Shown: in pieces, positions 9,772 to 21,843 of the stretch
Numbering within the stretch: position 1 is the stretch's first letter
Layout of the letters: each line of letters opens with the position of its first letter
DNA from: Blastocatellia bacterium
GTDB lineage: Bacteria > Acidobacteriota > Blastocatellia > RBC074
DNA: 64,000 bases
NCBI GenBank assembly: GCA_043783625.1
Contig: JAYVZE010000017.1
Location: 2,230-66,229, forward strand
Reading direction: 5' to 3'
Notes under the pieces: generated by a model
What the model saw: the letters and a program-made list of their open reading frames with translations, nothing else
What the model was told of the DNA's origin: nothing
The model's database searches: none
Program-made: the position numbers and the translations under genes

Positions 9772-11208
9772 ATGAATCAACGTCATTATCATTTAATCGG
9801 AGTGTGTGGCACGGCGATGGCTTCGCTGGCCGGGATGCTGAAAGCGCAAGGGCATCGGGTGACTGGCTCGGACAAGGCATTTTATCCGCCGATGTCAGAT
9901 GAATTAATTAAGCTCGGCATTGAAACGTTTGCAGGATTTGAGGCGAAGAATTTAGACCCCGCGCCTGATGTTGTCGTTGTCGGGAATGCGACTTCGCGGG
10001 GCAATGTTGAAATTGAATATGCGCTGAATCACAAGCTGAATTATGCTTCAATGGCGGAGGTCGTGCGCGAAAAATTTATTCGTGGCAGGCATTCCGTAGT
10101 CGTAGCCGGAACGCACGGCAAGACGACTACGACTTCGATTTTGGCGTGGGTGATGGAAGTTGGAAAACTTGATCCATCGTTTTTAATCGGCGGCGTCGCG
10201 GAAAATTTCGGTTCCAGTTTTAAGGTTACAGGCTCGGAATATTTTGCGATTGAAGGTGATGAATACGATACGGCTTTTTGGGATAAACGTCCGAAATTCC
10301 TCAGCTATTTGCCGGAAACGGTGATTCTAAATAACATCGAATTCGATCACGCCGACATTTACGAAAACCTCGAAGCCGTCAAAAAACAATTTCGCTTATT
10401 GGTAAATTTGATCCCGAACGGCGGACGTTTGATCGCGGGTTGGGATTCGCCCGTCGTACGCGAAATTGTGACAAAACCAATTGCTCCACAAGGCGTGTGG
10501 TGTCCGGTGGAAACCTTTGGCATTGATGACCACGAAGCCAAATGGAGCGCGAGCAATATCGAATTCACGCCCGAAGAAACAATTTTTGATGTCACGTGTG
10601 AAGGTAAAGATTTGATGAAAATCCGTACGCCGCTCGCGGGAAAATACAACATCCGAAATTGTCTGGCAGTGATTGCGACGGCTGAAATTTTAGGGATTGA
10701 TCGTAAGCTTTTGCAAGAGGCTCTGGCGACCTTCAAGAGCGTCAAGCGGCGAATGCAGGTACGCGGCGTAGTCAATGGAATCACGGTCATTGATGACTTC
10801 GCGCATCACCCGACCGCGATCAGGGAAACGCTGGAAGGTGTGCGACAAAAATATCCCAAGAACCGCATTGTAGCCGTGTTTGAGCCGCGTTCGTGGACGA
10901 CCCGAAAAAAGATTTTTCAGGATGAATATCCGAAGTCGTTTGCGCCTGCGGACTACGTGATTCTCACACCGATCTTTGAAGCGCATCGCCTCGCCTCCGA
11001 TGACCAATTATCGGTGCCGCAAGTGATTGAAGATTTAAAAGCGCAAGGGAAATCCGCGTACGAAATCGGCGGCGAAGATTCCAATGTCAGCGCGGATGCA
11101 ATCGTGAAGCATCTCGCACCCGAACTGCACAGCGGCGATGTCGTGATGATCATGTCGAACGGCGGATTCGGCGGGATTCATCAGAAGTTGTTGGATGTTA
11201 TCAAATAG
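9772..11208 (+). CDS. mpl: UDP-N-acetylmuramate:L-alanyl-gamma-D-glutamyl-meso-diaminopimelate ligase (murein peptide ligase).
   Basis: 'HYHLIGVCGTAMASLAGMLKAQGHRVTGSD...FYPPMSDEL' is Mpl-type N-terminus. 'VVAGTHGKTTTTS' is the Mur-ligase P-loop. ATG at 9772 preferred over the upstream in-frame extension. Confidence 0.8.
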   Translation: MNQRHYHLIGVCGTAMASLAGMLKAQGHRVTGSDKAFYPPMSDELIKLGIETFAGFEAKNLDPAPDVVVVGNATSRGNVEIEYALNHKLNYASMAEVVREKFIRGRHSVVVAGTHGKTTTTSILAWVMEVGKLDPSFLIGGVAENFGSSFKVTGSEYFAIEGDEYDTAFWDKRPKFLSYLPETVILNNIEFDHADIYENLEAVKKQFRLLVNLIPNGGRLIAGWDSPVVREIVTKPIAPQGVWCPVETFGIDDHEAKWSASNIEFTPEETIFDVTCEGKDLMKIRTPLAGKYNIRNCLAVIATAEILGIDRKLLQEALATFKSVKRRMQVRGVVNGITVIDDFAHHPTAIRETLEGVRQKYPKNRIVAVFEPRSWTTRKKIFQDEYPKSFAPADYVILTPIFEAHRLASDDQLSVPQVIEDLKAQGKSAYEIGGEDSNVSADAIVKHLAPELHSGDVVMIMSNGGFGGIHQKLLDVIK

Positions 11209-11274
11209 CATTTGAAGTTAAAGATGACTAAAATTTCTACCAAAATAAATAAAACGAAAAAGCGAGGGATAGGG

Positions 11275-12156
11275 ATGCCTGAAATAGCTACTGATATAGC
11301 TTGTGGTGATTGTTTAGAAATTCTCAAAGGATACGAAAGTAATAAATTCGATCTGATTGTCACGTCTCCTCCTTACGCGGATAGCCGTGATAAGACTTAT
11401 GGTGGAATAAAGCCTGATGATTATGTGGAATGGTTTCTGCCTCGTTCGGAAGAGTTTCTTCGTGTGCTCCAACCGACCGGAACTTTCATTCTGAACATTA
11501 AAGAAAAGGTCGTTAATAGCGAGCGGCATACCTATGTTCTGGAGTTGATTCTGGCTTTGCGTAAACAAGGCTGGCTTTGGACAGAAGAGTATATGTGGCA
11601 CAAAAAAAATTCCTATCCAGGAAAATGGCCAAATCGTTTTCGTGATGGCTGGGAAAGATGCCTACAATTCAATCAGCAAAAGAAATTTAAGATGTATCAG
11701 GATGAAGTACGCGTGCCGATGGGAGATTGGGCCAATACACGCCTGAAATCATTAGGAAAAAATGATGTGATCAGATTTGATTCTCAGGTCGGAAGCGGGT
11801 TTGGAAAAAACATTGCCAATTGGGTAGACCGTGAATTGGCTTTTCCCGACAATGTTTTACATTTAGCTACTGAAACTGGGAATAAAAAACACAGCGCCGC
11901 TTTCCCCCGTGCCTTACCAGAATGGTTCATTAAGCTTTTTACTGAAACAGGCGATTGGGTTTTGGATCCATTTGCTGGTTCAGGGACTACTAACGAAGTT
12001 GCCTCAAAATTACGGAGAAACTCAGTTGGCATCGAGGTCTTGCCAGAATATTGCGAACTGGCAAGAGCCAGAGTAACAAAGAAGGATTTAATTCTTTTTG
12101 ATGAGGCGAACGGGAATGGTACAAGTCACAAAACAGCAAATAACGGAATATATTGA
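11275..12156 (+). CDS. Beta-class amino DNA methyltransferase (N4-cytosine or N6-adenine). It is the modification subunit of a type II R-M system.
   Basis: Motif IV 'DLIVTSPPY' lies upstream of motif I 'VLDPFAGSGTT' (beta-class order, PF01555-like). A GAGGGA Shine-Dalgarno precedes the ATG at 11275. Local GC is low. Confidence 0.8.
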   Translation: MPEIATDIACGDCLEILKGYESNKFDLIVTSPPYADSRDKTYGGIKPDDYVEWFLPRSEEFLRVLQPTGTFILNIKEKVVNSERHTYVLELILALRKQGWLWTEEYMWHKKNSYPGKWPNRFRDGWERCLQFNQQKKFKMYQDEVRVPMGDWANTRLKSLGKNDVIRFDSQVGSGFGKNIANWVDRELAFPDNVLHLATETGNKKHSAAFPRALPEWFIKLFTETGDWVLDPFAGSGTTNEVASKLRRNSVGIEVLPEYCELARARVTKKDLILFDEANGNGTSHKTANNGIY

Positions 12157-12883
12157 AAAGAACATTCAAACCTTCCATGAGCGTCGGTTGGAAAATCTTT
12201 CCAGGCTGAAATTAATGAATGTGCTGAAAAAGAAAAATCCTTATCTTTTTAAAGCCAAAAACATTAACACCGCGCAGGATTTGGTTGAAGGAATTCTATC
12301 TGCCCATCTTTCTTCACAAGAAGAAGGAATCTTTGGAAACTTTCTTGAAGGCTTGGCTATTTATGTTTGTGGAATTGCACATAATGGTCGCAAATCTTCT
12401 GCTGAAGGAATTGATCTTGAAGTTGAGATAGATGGTGTCTATTACATTGTCACCATTAAGTCTGGTCCAAATTGGGGTAATAGTAGTCAAATCAATAAGA
12501 TGAAAGATTCGTTTATAAAAGCCACTCGAATCTTGCGCACAAGCGGGCACCAAATCAATGTTATTGCTGTCAATGGGTGTTGTTATGGTCGTGAAGGTAA
12601 TGAAGACAAAGGCGGGTATTTGAAGTTATGTGGAGAAGCTTTTTGGACTTTTGTTTCAGGGCAATCATCGTTATATCTTGAAATAGTTGAACCGTTGGGG
12701 CATCAGGCTAAAGAGCGAAATGTGAGCTTTCAATTAGAATATGAAAAGGTTTTGAATAAGTTCACAAAAGAGTTTCTCGATAGATTTTGTAGCGAAGATG
12801 GGTCAATAAAGTGGGAAGAAATTGTCGCAATAAATTCTGGAAAAGCTCTTCCCAAAGTTCCAATGCAAAAGAAAGAAAAATAA
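12116..12883 (+). CDS. Putative type II restriction endonuclease (partner of the methyltransferase). The family cannot be assigned by eye.
   Basis: A 256-aa ORF begins 41 nt inside the methyltransferase 3' end, an overlap arrangement typical of R-M pairs. It has the same low GC. A possible PD-(D/E)xK-like segment is 'EGIDLEVEID...TIK'. No other recognisable fold. Confidence 0.45.
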   Translation: MVQVTKQQITEYIEKNIQTFHERRLENLSRLKLMNVLKKKNPYLFKAKNINTAQDLVEGILSAHLSSQEEGIFGNFLEGLAIYVCGIAHNGRKSSAEGIDLEVEIDGVYYIVTIKSGPNWGNSSQINKMKDSFIKATRILRTSGHQINVIAVNGCCYGREGNEDKGGYLKLCGEAFWTFVSGQSSLYLEIVEPLGHQAKERNVSFQLEYEKVLNKFTKEFLDRFCSEDGSIKWEEIVAINSGKALPKVPMQKKEK

Positions 12884-12947
12884 TTGTGTTTGAAGATTGG
12901 ACTTAAAACAATCAAAACTTATTAACCAAATTTCCTGGGGAGAAATT

Positions 12948-14399
12948 ATGAAGACAGTAAAAAATACACTTTTCCTTTTATTGCTGATTGCTTTACCAGC
13001 AATCGCACAACGAACCACAACAACTACGCGCAAGCCTGCAACGCCTGCGCCTGCTGCTGTGGTGGAACCGGAAACGATCAATGATTTGAAGCTCAAGACG
13101 CGGATGGAAATGCAGGGACTCAATATGGATTCCACTGTGTATATCAAAGGCGAACGTGAGCGGACGGAGCAGACTTTGCCGGGGATGAATTTGCAAATGG
13201 TGACGATTAAGGAATGCGATTTGCGCCGTGATATTCAGATCAACGACAACGCGAAGGTTTATAAAATTAATCCATACAGTGATCGGCAAGCTGCGGCGGT
13301 TGCGCCAAAAACTACGACTACGGCTCCTCCGCCTCCGGTGGCCAATAAACCGACGCGCAAGGGTGGCGTTGTCACGATCAGCGTCACGATGACGGACACG
13401 GGTGAACGCAAGGAAATGTTTGGCTATCAGGCGCGGCATTTGAAAATGGCGATGAGTTTTGAGTCTTCGCCGGATGCTTGCTCCAAAGCGAAGATGCGCA
13501 TGGAAACCGATGGCTGGTACATCAATTTTCGGAGCAATTTTAGCTGTGAGGAAGACTTCGTACCGCGTCAGGCACTGGAACGCGGGCAACGCTCGAAACC
13601 GGATTGTGTAGACGAATGGCACTACAATGTGAAAGGTTCTGCGAAAGTTGGGTATCCGGCAGATGTGACGACGACGATGTTTGGCGAGGACGGCAAAAAT
13701 TTCACGATGCGCCAGCAGATTGTAGAATTGTCACGCGCCAAATTAGATCAGGCTTTGTTTGAAATTCCGGCGGGTTATCAGGAAGGCGATCCGTATTCGA
13801 TGAAGGCGATGATGGGCGGATTGAACATCGGTTCGCTTGGTAAAATGGCAGAGGATGCGTCACGGCATGAAAATTCTCGCACCACTTCTGTCGCTTCTAA
13901 AAAAGCCGGAACGGTGCGGCTTGGCATTGTGCAACCTTCCGCAAAAATCGGACAAAATGACGTGAGCGACGGGATTCGGAGTACGCTAATGCGGTACATT
14001 AACGGCGGAGCATCATTGGAAGTAATACCATTATCTTCGGCGTCAGAAGCTTCGTCGAAGCAGTGCGATTTTGTGATGACTTCGAGCCTGCAACATACGC
14101 CGGGCAAGAGTGGCGGCGGACTCGGCGGGTTTATGAAAAAAGCAGCGTCGGTTGGTGGGCAGATTGCTTCGGGGACGATGGGCAGCGGTTCGTCTGCATC
14201 GCAATCAGCGGCGGATGCTTCGTCGAATATCAAAGCGAAAGACGAAGTGAATTTTGATTATCAAGTGACGCGTGCGGATGGTTCGTCGGTCGCTTCCAAT
14301 TCGCAAAAACGCAAAGCGAATTCGGATGGCGAAGATGTGATTTCCCCAATGCTTTCACAGGTCGCGGGCGAAGTGCTGCGGGCGGTTTTGAAGAAATAA
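12948..14399 (+). CDS. Hypothetical secreted protein with Thr/Pro-rich linkers and a Ser/Gly-rich C-terminal tail.
   Basis: GGGGAG Shine-Dalgarno, ATG at 12948, signal peptide 'MKTVKNTLFLLLLIALPAIAQ'. Low-complexity 'TTTTTRKPATPAPAA' and 'KTTTTAPPPPV' linkers. No recognisable domain. Confidence 0.5.
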   Translation: MKTVKNTLFLLLLIALPAIAQRTTTTTRKPATPAPAAVVEPETINDLKLKTRMEMQGLNMDSTVYIKGERERTEQTLPGMNLQMVTIKECDLRRDIQINDNAKVYKINPYSDRQAAAVAPKTTTTAPPPPVANKPTRKGGVVTISVTMTDTGERKEMFGYQARHLKMAMSFESSPDACSKAKMRMETDGWYINFRSNFSCEEDFVPRQALERGQRSKPDCVDEWHYNVKGSAKVGYPADVTTTMFGEDGKNFTMRQQIVELSRAKLDQALFEIPAGYQEGDPYSMKAMMGGLNIGSLGKMAEDASRHENSRTTSVASKKAGTVRLGIVQPSAKIGQNDVSDGIRSTLMRYINGGASLEVIPLSSASEASSKQCDFVMTSSLQHTPGKSGGGLGGFMKKAASVGGQIASGTMGSGSSASQSAADASSNIKAKDEVNFDYQVTRADGSSVASNSQKRKANSDGEDVISPMLSQVAGEVLRAVLKK

Positions 14400-14502
14400 C
14401 GAAAATTTTTAGACAGGATTAACAAGATCAGTGAATTGGCTTCCTGTTCATCCTGAAGCAATCTTGTCAATCCTGTCTAAAATTGTTTTGAGTGAAAAAT
14501 TT

Positions 14503-14952
14503 ATGCGAAAACTATTTTTACCGTTGGCGGCGTTCACTTTGATTTTATTGAGCGGAACGTCTGTCATTGCGCAAACTGGCGGAACGATGCAGCGCGATGA
14601 AACTTTCGTTGTTGAGTATTACTACAAAGTGAAATGGGGCTACACAGATGAGTTCTTACGACTCTTCAAAAAAAATCATTTGCCAGTGCTGAAAAAGCAA
14701 ATTGAGATGGGGCGGATGACGCGGGTGAAGGTGGAAAAGCCGCGCTATCACGCTACCGAAGATGGTCGCTGGGATTTTCGGGTGACGATTGTTTTTAAGA
14801 ATGCGGCGACGGCATTTGCTCCAAGCCCTGAAGAAGAAATTACGAAGCAATTGTATCCCGATCAGGAAACTTTCAAGAAAGAAGAGCAGCGCAGATTTGA
14901 GATTTTGATTTCTCATTGGGATGTGCCGATTACGACTGTTCCGGTGGAGTAG
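14503..14952 (+). CDS. Hypothetical small secreted protein (150 aa).
   Basis: ATG at 14503 with signal peptide 'MRKLFLPLAAFTLILLSGTSVIAQ'. The ORF ends at a REP hairpin. Confidence 0.5.
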   Translation: MRKLFLPLAAFTLILLSGTSVIAQTGGTMQRDETFVVEYYYKVKWGYTDEFLRLFKKNHLPVLKKQIEMGRMTRVKVEKPRYHATEDGRWDFRVTIVFKNAATAFAPSPEEEITKQLYPDQETFKKEEQRRFEILISHWDVPITTVPVE

Positions 14953-14957
14953 TTTTT

Positions 14958-15029
14958 GCAGAAGCCCGCACGCGAGTCGAGGGCGTTTCTTCATTCGCAA
15001 TGACGCCCTTACTACGTGCGGGCTTCTGC
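14958..15029. repeat. REP family 1 hairpin (GCAGAAGCCCGCACG...CGTGCGGGCTTCTGC). The left arm is degenerate.
   Basis: Inverted repeat between the stop of the upstream ORF and the recF start. Confidence 0.65.
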
Positions 15030-15038
15030 CTGAATTTC

Positions 15039-16166
15039 ATGTACCTTTCACGCCTCGAAGCAATTAATTTTCGTAATCTTTCCGGTGCACTGGATTTTTC
15101 GCCGGGCTTAAACGTTATTTACGGGCGCAATGCGCAGGGCAAGACGAATTGGCTGGAAGCGATTTATCTGCTCGGTACGACGAAATCTTTCAAGACGGCT
15201 CAGCCGAAAGAAGCTATCAATTTTAAGGCCGGCGAACTCAATACAGGTGAAGCAATTTTGCGCGGCTCTGTCCAACTTGGACAGTACAACCGCGATATTC
15301 AATTGCTCCTGACCAAGACTACCAAACAGACTTTCGTCAACGGGCGCAAAGAAGCGATTGTGCGGTATTTGGGCATTCTCGACGCGATAGCTTTTACGGC
15401 AGAAGATTTAGAAGTGATTCGCGGCGGGCCGGAAAATCGGCGACGCTTTGTGGATCGCGGGTTAGTGGCTACGACGCCTTCTTATTTGAATACTTTGTCG
15501 GAATACAATCGCGTTTTGAAGCAGAAAAATATCCTGCTCCGGGCGGCTTCGGATGTGGAAGATTCGATGAAATTTTTGCCGATGATTGAGCCGTGGAACG
15601 ATCAGTTGGTCGCGTTCGGAACGGAAATTCATCAGGCGCGCAGCGGCTACGTTGAAAAGCTGAGAGCGGCCTTGCGTCCACAGCTTTTTCAGAATGAAAC
15701 GGTGGCAGTTCGGTATAAATCTTCGTTGGAAGGCAAAGGGGATTTGAACGAATACACGGCACTCATGCGGGAGCGTTTGGAGCATCATTTTCAGAATGAA
15801 GTTCGTACGGGATATTCCCTGGTCGGGCCGCATCGGGATGATGTCGAGATTTTGTTTGACGGGTACGACATCTCGCGGTTTGGCAGCTCCGGTCAGCAAC
15901 GATCCGCCTTGCTGATACTTGATCTTGCGCAGCTAGTGGTTTACCATGACGTGTTAGAAGATTATCCGGTTTTTATACTTGATGACATAGATGCCGAGCT
16001 TGACCGAAACCGGATTGAAATCCTGCTCGATACTCTCGAAGGGAACTCACAAGTTTTTATTACAACCTCGAAACGCGCCCTCGCGCAACATTACCGTCAG
16101 CGTGCGAATACCATTGAAATTGCCGACGGGAAAATTGCCGGAGCCGGGTCAGAACCGCAAACGTAA
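15039..16166 (+). CDS. recF: DNA replication and repair protein RecF.
   Basis: 'MYLSRLEAINFRNLS...NVIYGRNAQGKTNWLEAIYLLG' (RecF N-terminus and Walker A). The conserved position lies immediately upstream of gyrB. Start set at ATG 15039, downstream of the REP hairpin. Confidence 0.85.
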   Translation: MYLSRLEAINFRNLSGALDFSPGLNVIYGRNAQGKTNWLEAIYLLGTTKSFKTAQPKEAINFKAGELNTGEAILRGSVQLGQYNRDIQLLLTKTTKQTFVNGRKEAIVRYLGILDAIAFTAEDLEVIRGGPENRRRFVDRGLVATTPSYLNTLSEYNRVLKQKNILLRAASDVEDSMKFLPMIEPWNDQLVAFGTEIHQARSGYVEKLRAALRPQLFQNETVAVRYKSSLEGKGDLNEYTALMRERLEHHFQNEVRTGYSLVGPHRDDVEILFDGYDISRFGSSGQQRSALLILDLAQLVVYHDVLEDYPVFILDDIDAELDRNRIEILLDTLEGNSQVFITTSKRALAQHYRQRANTIEIADGKIAGAGSEPQT

Positions 16167-16189
16167 CTGTACGGAAAGAAACGAATTAA

Positions 16190-18676
<2,487 letters not shown>

Positions 18677-18677
18677 T

Positions 18678-18747
18678 GCGGAAGCCCGCACGTAGTAAGG
18701 GCGCATTTACCAGTGAAGAACACCCTTACTACGTGCGGGTTTCTGCC
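18678..18747. repeat. REP family 1 hairpin. It is a probable terminator of the recF-gyrB unit.
   Basis: 'GCGGAAGCCCGCACGTAGTAAGGGCG' and 'CACCCTTACTACGTGCGGGTTTCTGCC' arms starting 2 nt after the gyrB stop. Confidence 0.7.
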
Positions 18748-18761
18748 TCAAAGGAAATCTC

Positions 18762-19334
18762 ATGATCGCCGCAAAGTGGCAGCACAATTTTAAATCCTGG
18801 TGCTTCTTTGCGGCTTTGATGTTTTTTAACTCCTGTCAGGGGCCGCTATATAAAATTGCTCCTATTCCGCAAGCTCTACCAATTGAGTCAGGAAAATCTG
18901 CCTCCAGTAATGTCATCGAAATTACGGCGTCGGCTTTACTTGATGATGACAAAGTTTATGAAAGATTCGAGGCGAATTTAGTCCTCGTGGGCATCGTTGC
19001 GATTGATATAAACCTGGTCAATCGTTCCAATCAGTCCCTGAATCCTAAATTTGAATTGCATGATGCTGAGGGACAAAGTTTTTCACAGCTCGAATCCAAA
19101 AAAGAGCTGGATCGTGTGATGAAATTTGAAGGAATTCGTGCTTATTCAAAGCTTGGAAAACAGGAAACTCTGGAGCAACTGGAAGCGATTGCGATCCCGA
19201 AAAAAATGACCTTGCCTGCGCAGCAACAAAAACGTGGAGTCTTATTTTTCAATGTGAAGCGCGACGCGGCACAGCTAAACGGCTTACGATTAACCGTGAA
19301 AGGAATGAAGGACGAACTTCAGATAAATTTATGA
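18762..19334 (+). CDS. Hypothetical exported protein, possibly a lipoprotein.
   Basis: N-terminal hydrophobic segment ending 'FFNSC'. No recognisable domain. Confidence 0.45.
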   Translation: MIAAKWQHNFKSWCFFAALMFFNSCQGPLYKIAPIPQALPIESGKSASSNVIEITASALLDDDKVYERFEANLVLVGIVAIDINLVNRSNQSLNPKFELHDAEGQSFSQLESKKELDRVMKFEGIRAYSKLGKQETLEQLEAIAIPKKMTLPAQQQKRGVLFFNVKRDAAQLNGLRLTVKGMKDELQINL

Positions 19335-19392
19335 GGAGACGGTAGACCACAAACTACCGTCTACCGTTCTACCGCCTACTCCCCCACAACCT

Positions 19393-20097
19393 ATGAACCC
19401 AATTAGCAAATTTTTCCTTGGCATCCGGCATTACTTGAGCGGTCTGAAACGCTTGCTGATTTATCCGAGCCTGCTGCTTCTGGCGATTGTCCCGATTCTA
19501 TTGACGCTGGCAACGCTGGTATTTCTTGCGGGTGGGGGAGCGTGGTTGATTGGGAGCTGGATGCGGACCAGCTTTTCGTTGCCTGCTGACAGTCTGATTT
19601 TTATGCAGGCGCTGACAGTTTTGATTATTATTTTTTTGTCGTTGTGGATTTATCTCCCCTTGACGCGCATCTTTCTGGCTCCAATCAGTGAGCAGATCAG
19701 CGTCAAAACCTTTAAAATCCACGGAGAAATGCAACCTTCAGATCGTGAAGTGAATTTTGCGCATGCGATGTGGGAAGGGGTTAAACTGGTTGCGTTGCAA
19801 TTGATTGTTTTAGCGCTGGTCTTGCTGGTGAGTTTTATTTTCCCGCCGATTGCGCCGCCGCTTTGGATTATAATTACAATTATTTTTGTCGGGATGGATT
19901 TTCTGGATGTGCCACTGTCATTACGCGGGCTGAATACTGGCGAGAAACTGACATTTTATTGGAACCATCGCGCCATGTTTCTGGGTTTTAGCTTTGCCGG
20001 ATATGCGGTACTTCATATTCCGCTGGTCAACGTCCTGGCTCTACCAGTGGGGATTATCGGGGGAACAATGTTAGTCATGAGAAAGATCAGCGATTAG
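19393..20097 (+). CDS. CysZ/EI24-family integral membrane protein (tentative).
   Basis: Four to six predicted TM helices. N-terminal pattern 'GIRHYLSGLKRLL.YP.LLLLAIVPILL' resembles CysZ-like proteins. Confidence 0.5.
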   Translation: MNPISKFFLGIRHYLSGLKRLLIYPSLLLLAIVPILLTLATLVFLAGGGAWLIGSWMRTSFSLPADSLIFMQALTVLIIIFLSLWIYLPLTRIFLAPISEQISVKTFKIHGEMQPSDREVNFAHAMWEGVKLVALQLIVLALVLLVSFIFPPIAPPLWIIITIIFVGMDFLDVPLSLRGLNTGEKLTFYWNHRAMFLGFSFAGYAVLHIPLVNVLALPVGIIGGTMLVMRKISD

Positions 20098-20430
20098 TTA
20101 TAGCCCGATGTCTATCGAAATCCCGACCGAAAGCAGTGCGTTAAGCGCCGAAAATTTCGGACTTAACAAATTGACCTGACCATCATTCACCATCGCAAAT
20201 GCTTTGCCGTCCTGCCAGAATCCATGAGAAAAATCCGTATCGAATTCTTCACCGTCCAGCAATAACCACATATCATTCAAATCCTGTTCAATGCGTTCGT
20301 CAATGCGCTCGCGCAATAGTGAATAGGAGATTTTTGGCAGAGTCAGCGCCGTAAAGCTCTCTTCCATGTTCTGAATCTGCGCCAGGCCTGAAGTGAGTTG
20401 GTTGTCTTGAGAATCGAAATAATAACCCAT
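20098..20430 (-). CDS. Hypothetical protein (110 aa, acidic).
   Basis: ORF only. Confidence 0.35.
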   Translation of the reverse strand: MGYYFDSQDNQLTSGLAQIQNMEESFTALTLPKISYSLLRERIDERIEQDLNDMWLLLDGEEFDTDFSHGFWQDGKAFAMVNDGQVNLLSPKFSALNALLSVGISIDIGL

Positions 20431-20609
20431 AATGGTTGCCTTTCCTGGAATCGGGGGAAGATTTCAAAGGGCACTGATACAGATGTCTGCACAACAATTT
20501 GCGTTGCCTGAGCATCGTGAAAAAACAGGGGTCATGAATAAGTACGATCAGCAGTAAAAATCGGATTGGAGCGGGTGCGGATCAGGTTTCAGGGGGGTAG
20601 CAGCTCAAA

Positions 20610-20906
20610 TCATTTTAATAAATCACCGATCACATTGGTCTGGAAATGAATGCGAACTTCATCATCTTCAATTCTGTCTTCGCCAACTAATCTACCTTTC
20701 AAAGCGGGGGAAAGAGTCATAAAAAATCGTCGTGTCCCAACGTCAGCGCGGATGAGGCGATTACCAGAAGCGTCTATGGCGCACTCAACGATTTGGCTTG
20801 GAGCAGTTGTCGCTTTGTCACCAATCCCATTACTTTCGAGGATAATGGCAATGGGTTCTGAAAATTGGTCAATACTTGTAGAGGTCTTAATCGCAGACTC
20901 CAACAT
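20610..20906 (-). CDS. Hypothetical protein (98 aa).
   Basis: ORF only. Confidence 0.3.
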   Translation of the reverse strand: MLESAIKTSTSIDQFSEPIAIILESNGIGDKATTAPSQIVECAIDASGNRLIRADVGTRRFFMTLSPALKGRLVGEDRIEDDEVRIHFQTNVIGDLLK

Positions 20907-21132
20907 TGTAGCTTCTCCTCACAGTGATAGGTAATACAAAGCTGGCAGAATTTACAATAACTTCGGTGTCAATTCAAGTAATCTGTGATCTCTCCCGAAC
21001 ATCTCTTCGCAAAGTCAGTTCTCCGACTGGAAATCAAATTTTGACAACGGAGACGTACACCGCATAAACTCTTGGTTTATTTTGCTCCCGCCTTTTATTT
21101 TTAAGGCTGAGCGCAACCTTGAGGAGTTTATT

Positions 21133-21843
21133 TTGTCGCGCCCATTAATTGGAATTACATCCCGCCTTGACCTCGTTCCAAATAATTTTTACCTGCGTCG
21201 TTACTACTCCGAAGCTGTTTGGGCGGCGGGCGGTGATCCGGTTCAGATTCCGTTAATTCCCGACGAAAATTATCTTTTGTCGTTAGGAAATAAACTGGAT
21301 GGCTTACTGCTTTCCGGCAGTGACAGCGATGTTGATCCGAACTATTACGACGAAGAACCGCATCAAAAAATCGGCGGCGTCACGTTTGAGCGCGACCAGA
21401 CGGATTTGATTCTGCTGCGCGTCGCTGAAGCCAGAAATATTCCCGTGTTCGGGATTTGTTTTGGCACGCAATCGCTGGCGGTTTCGCGTGGCGGGAAATT
21501 AATTCAGGATATTCCTTCGCAGGTTCCGAACGCTCTGAAGCATTCGCAAGGTGAGCCGTATAAACCCATTCATCACATCAAAATCGAAGCCGATTCGCTG
21601 CTCGCAAAATTAGCCGGAGCCGACTCCGCGCGCGTCAATTCCAGCCATCATCAGGCGATCAGAGAGCCGGGGGGAAATCTGCGGATCACCGCCCGCGCTT
21701 ACGACGGCGTGATTGAATGCGTCGAAGATACGCGCCCTGACCGCTGGGTGCTGGGCGTGCAATGGCATCCCGAAATGCACTGGGATTCGGATGATTTATC
21801 GAAGGCGATTTTTAAGAAATTTGTAGAGGTCGCGCAAAAATGA
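21133..21843 (+). CDS. Class I glutamine amidotransferase, peptidase C26 family (gamma-glutamyl-GABA hydrolase PuuD-like).
   Basis: 'VFGICFGTQSLAVSRGG' catalytic Cys context and 'HHQAI ... WHPE' His/Glu region. TTG at 21133 is preceded by a GAGGAG Shine-Dalgarno; the alternative TTG at 21082 lacks one. Confidence 0.65.
   Translation: MSRPLIGITSRLDLVPNNFYLRRYYSEAVWAAGGDPVQIPLIPDENYLLSLGNKLDGLLLSGSDSDVDPNYYDEEPHQKIGGVTFERDQTDLILLRVAEARNIPVFGICFGTQSLAVSRGGKLIQDIPSQVPNALKHSQGEPYKPIHHIKIEADSLLAKLAGADSARVNSSHHQAIREPGGNLRITARAYDGVIECVEDTRPDRWVLGVQWHPEMHWDSDDLSKAIFKKFVEVAQK

Noticed and set aside
12993-13622. A 209-aa minus-strand ORF rich in Arg and His, antisense to the secreted protein gene 12948-14399.
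   Set aside because: It lies entirely inside a better-supported plus-strand gene with a signal peptide. Its composition is the typical antisense artefact of GC-rich Thr/Ala/Pro codons.
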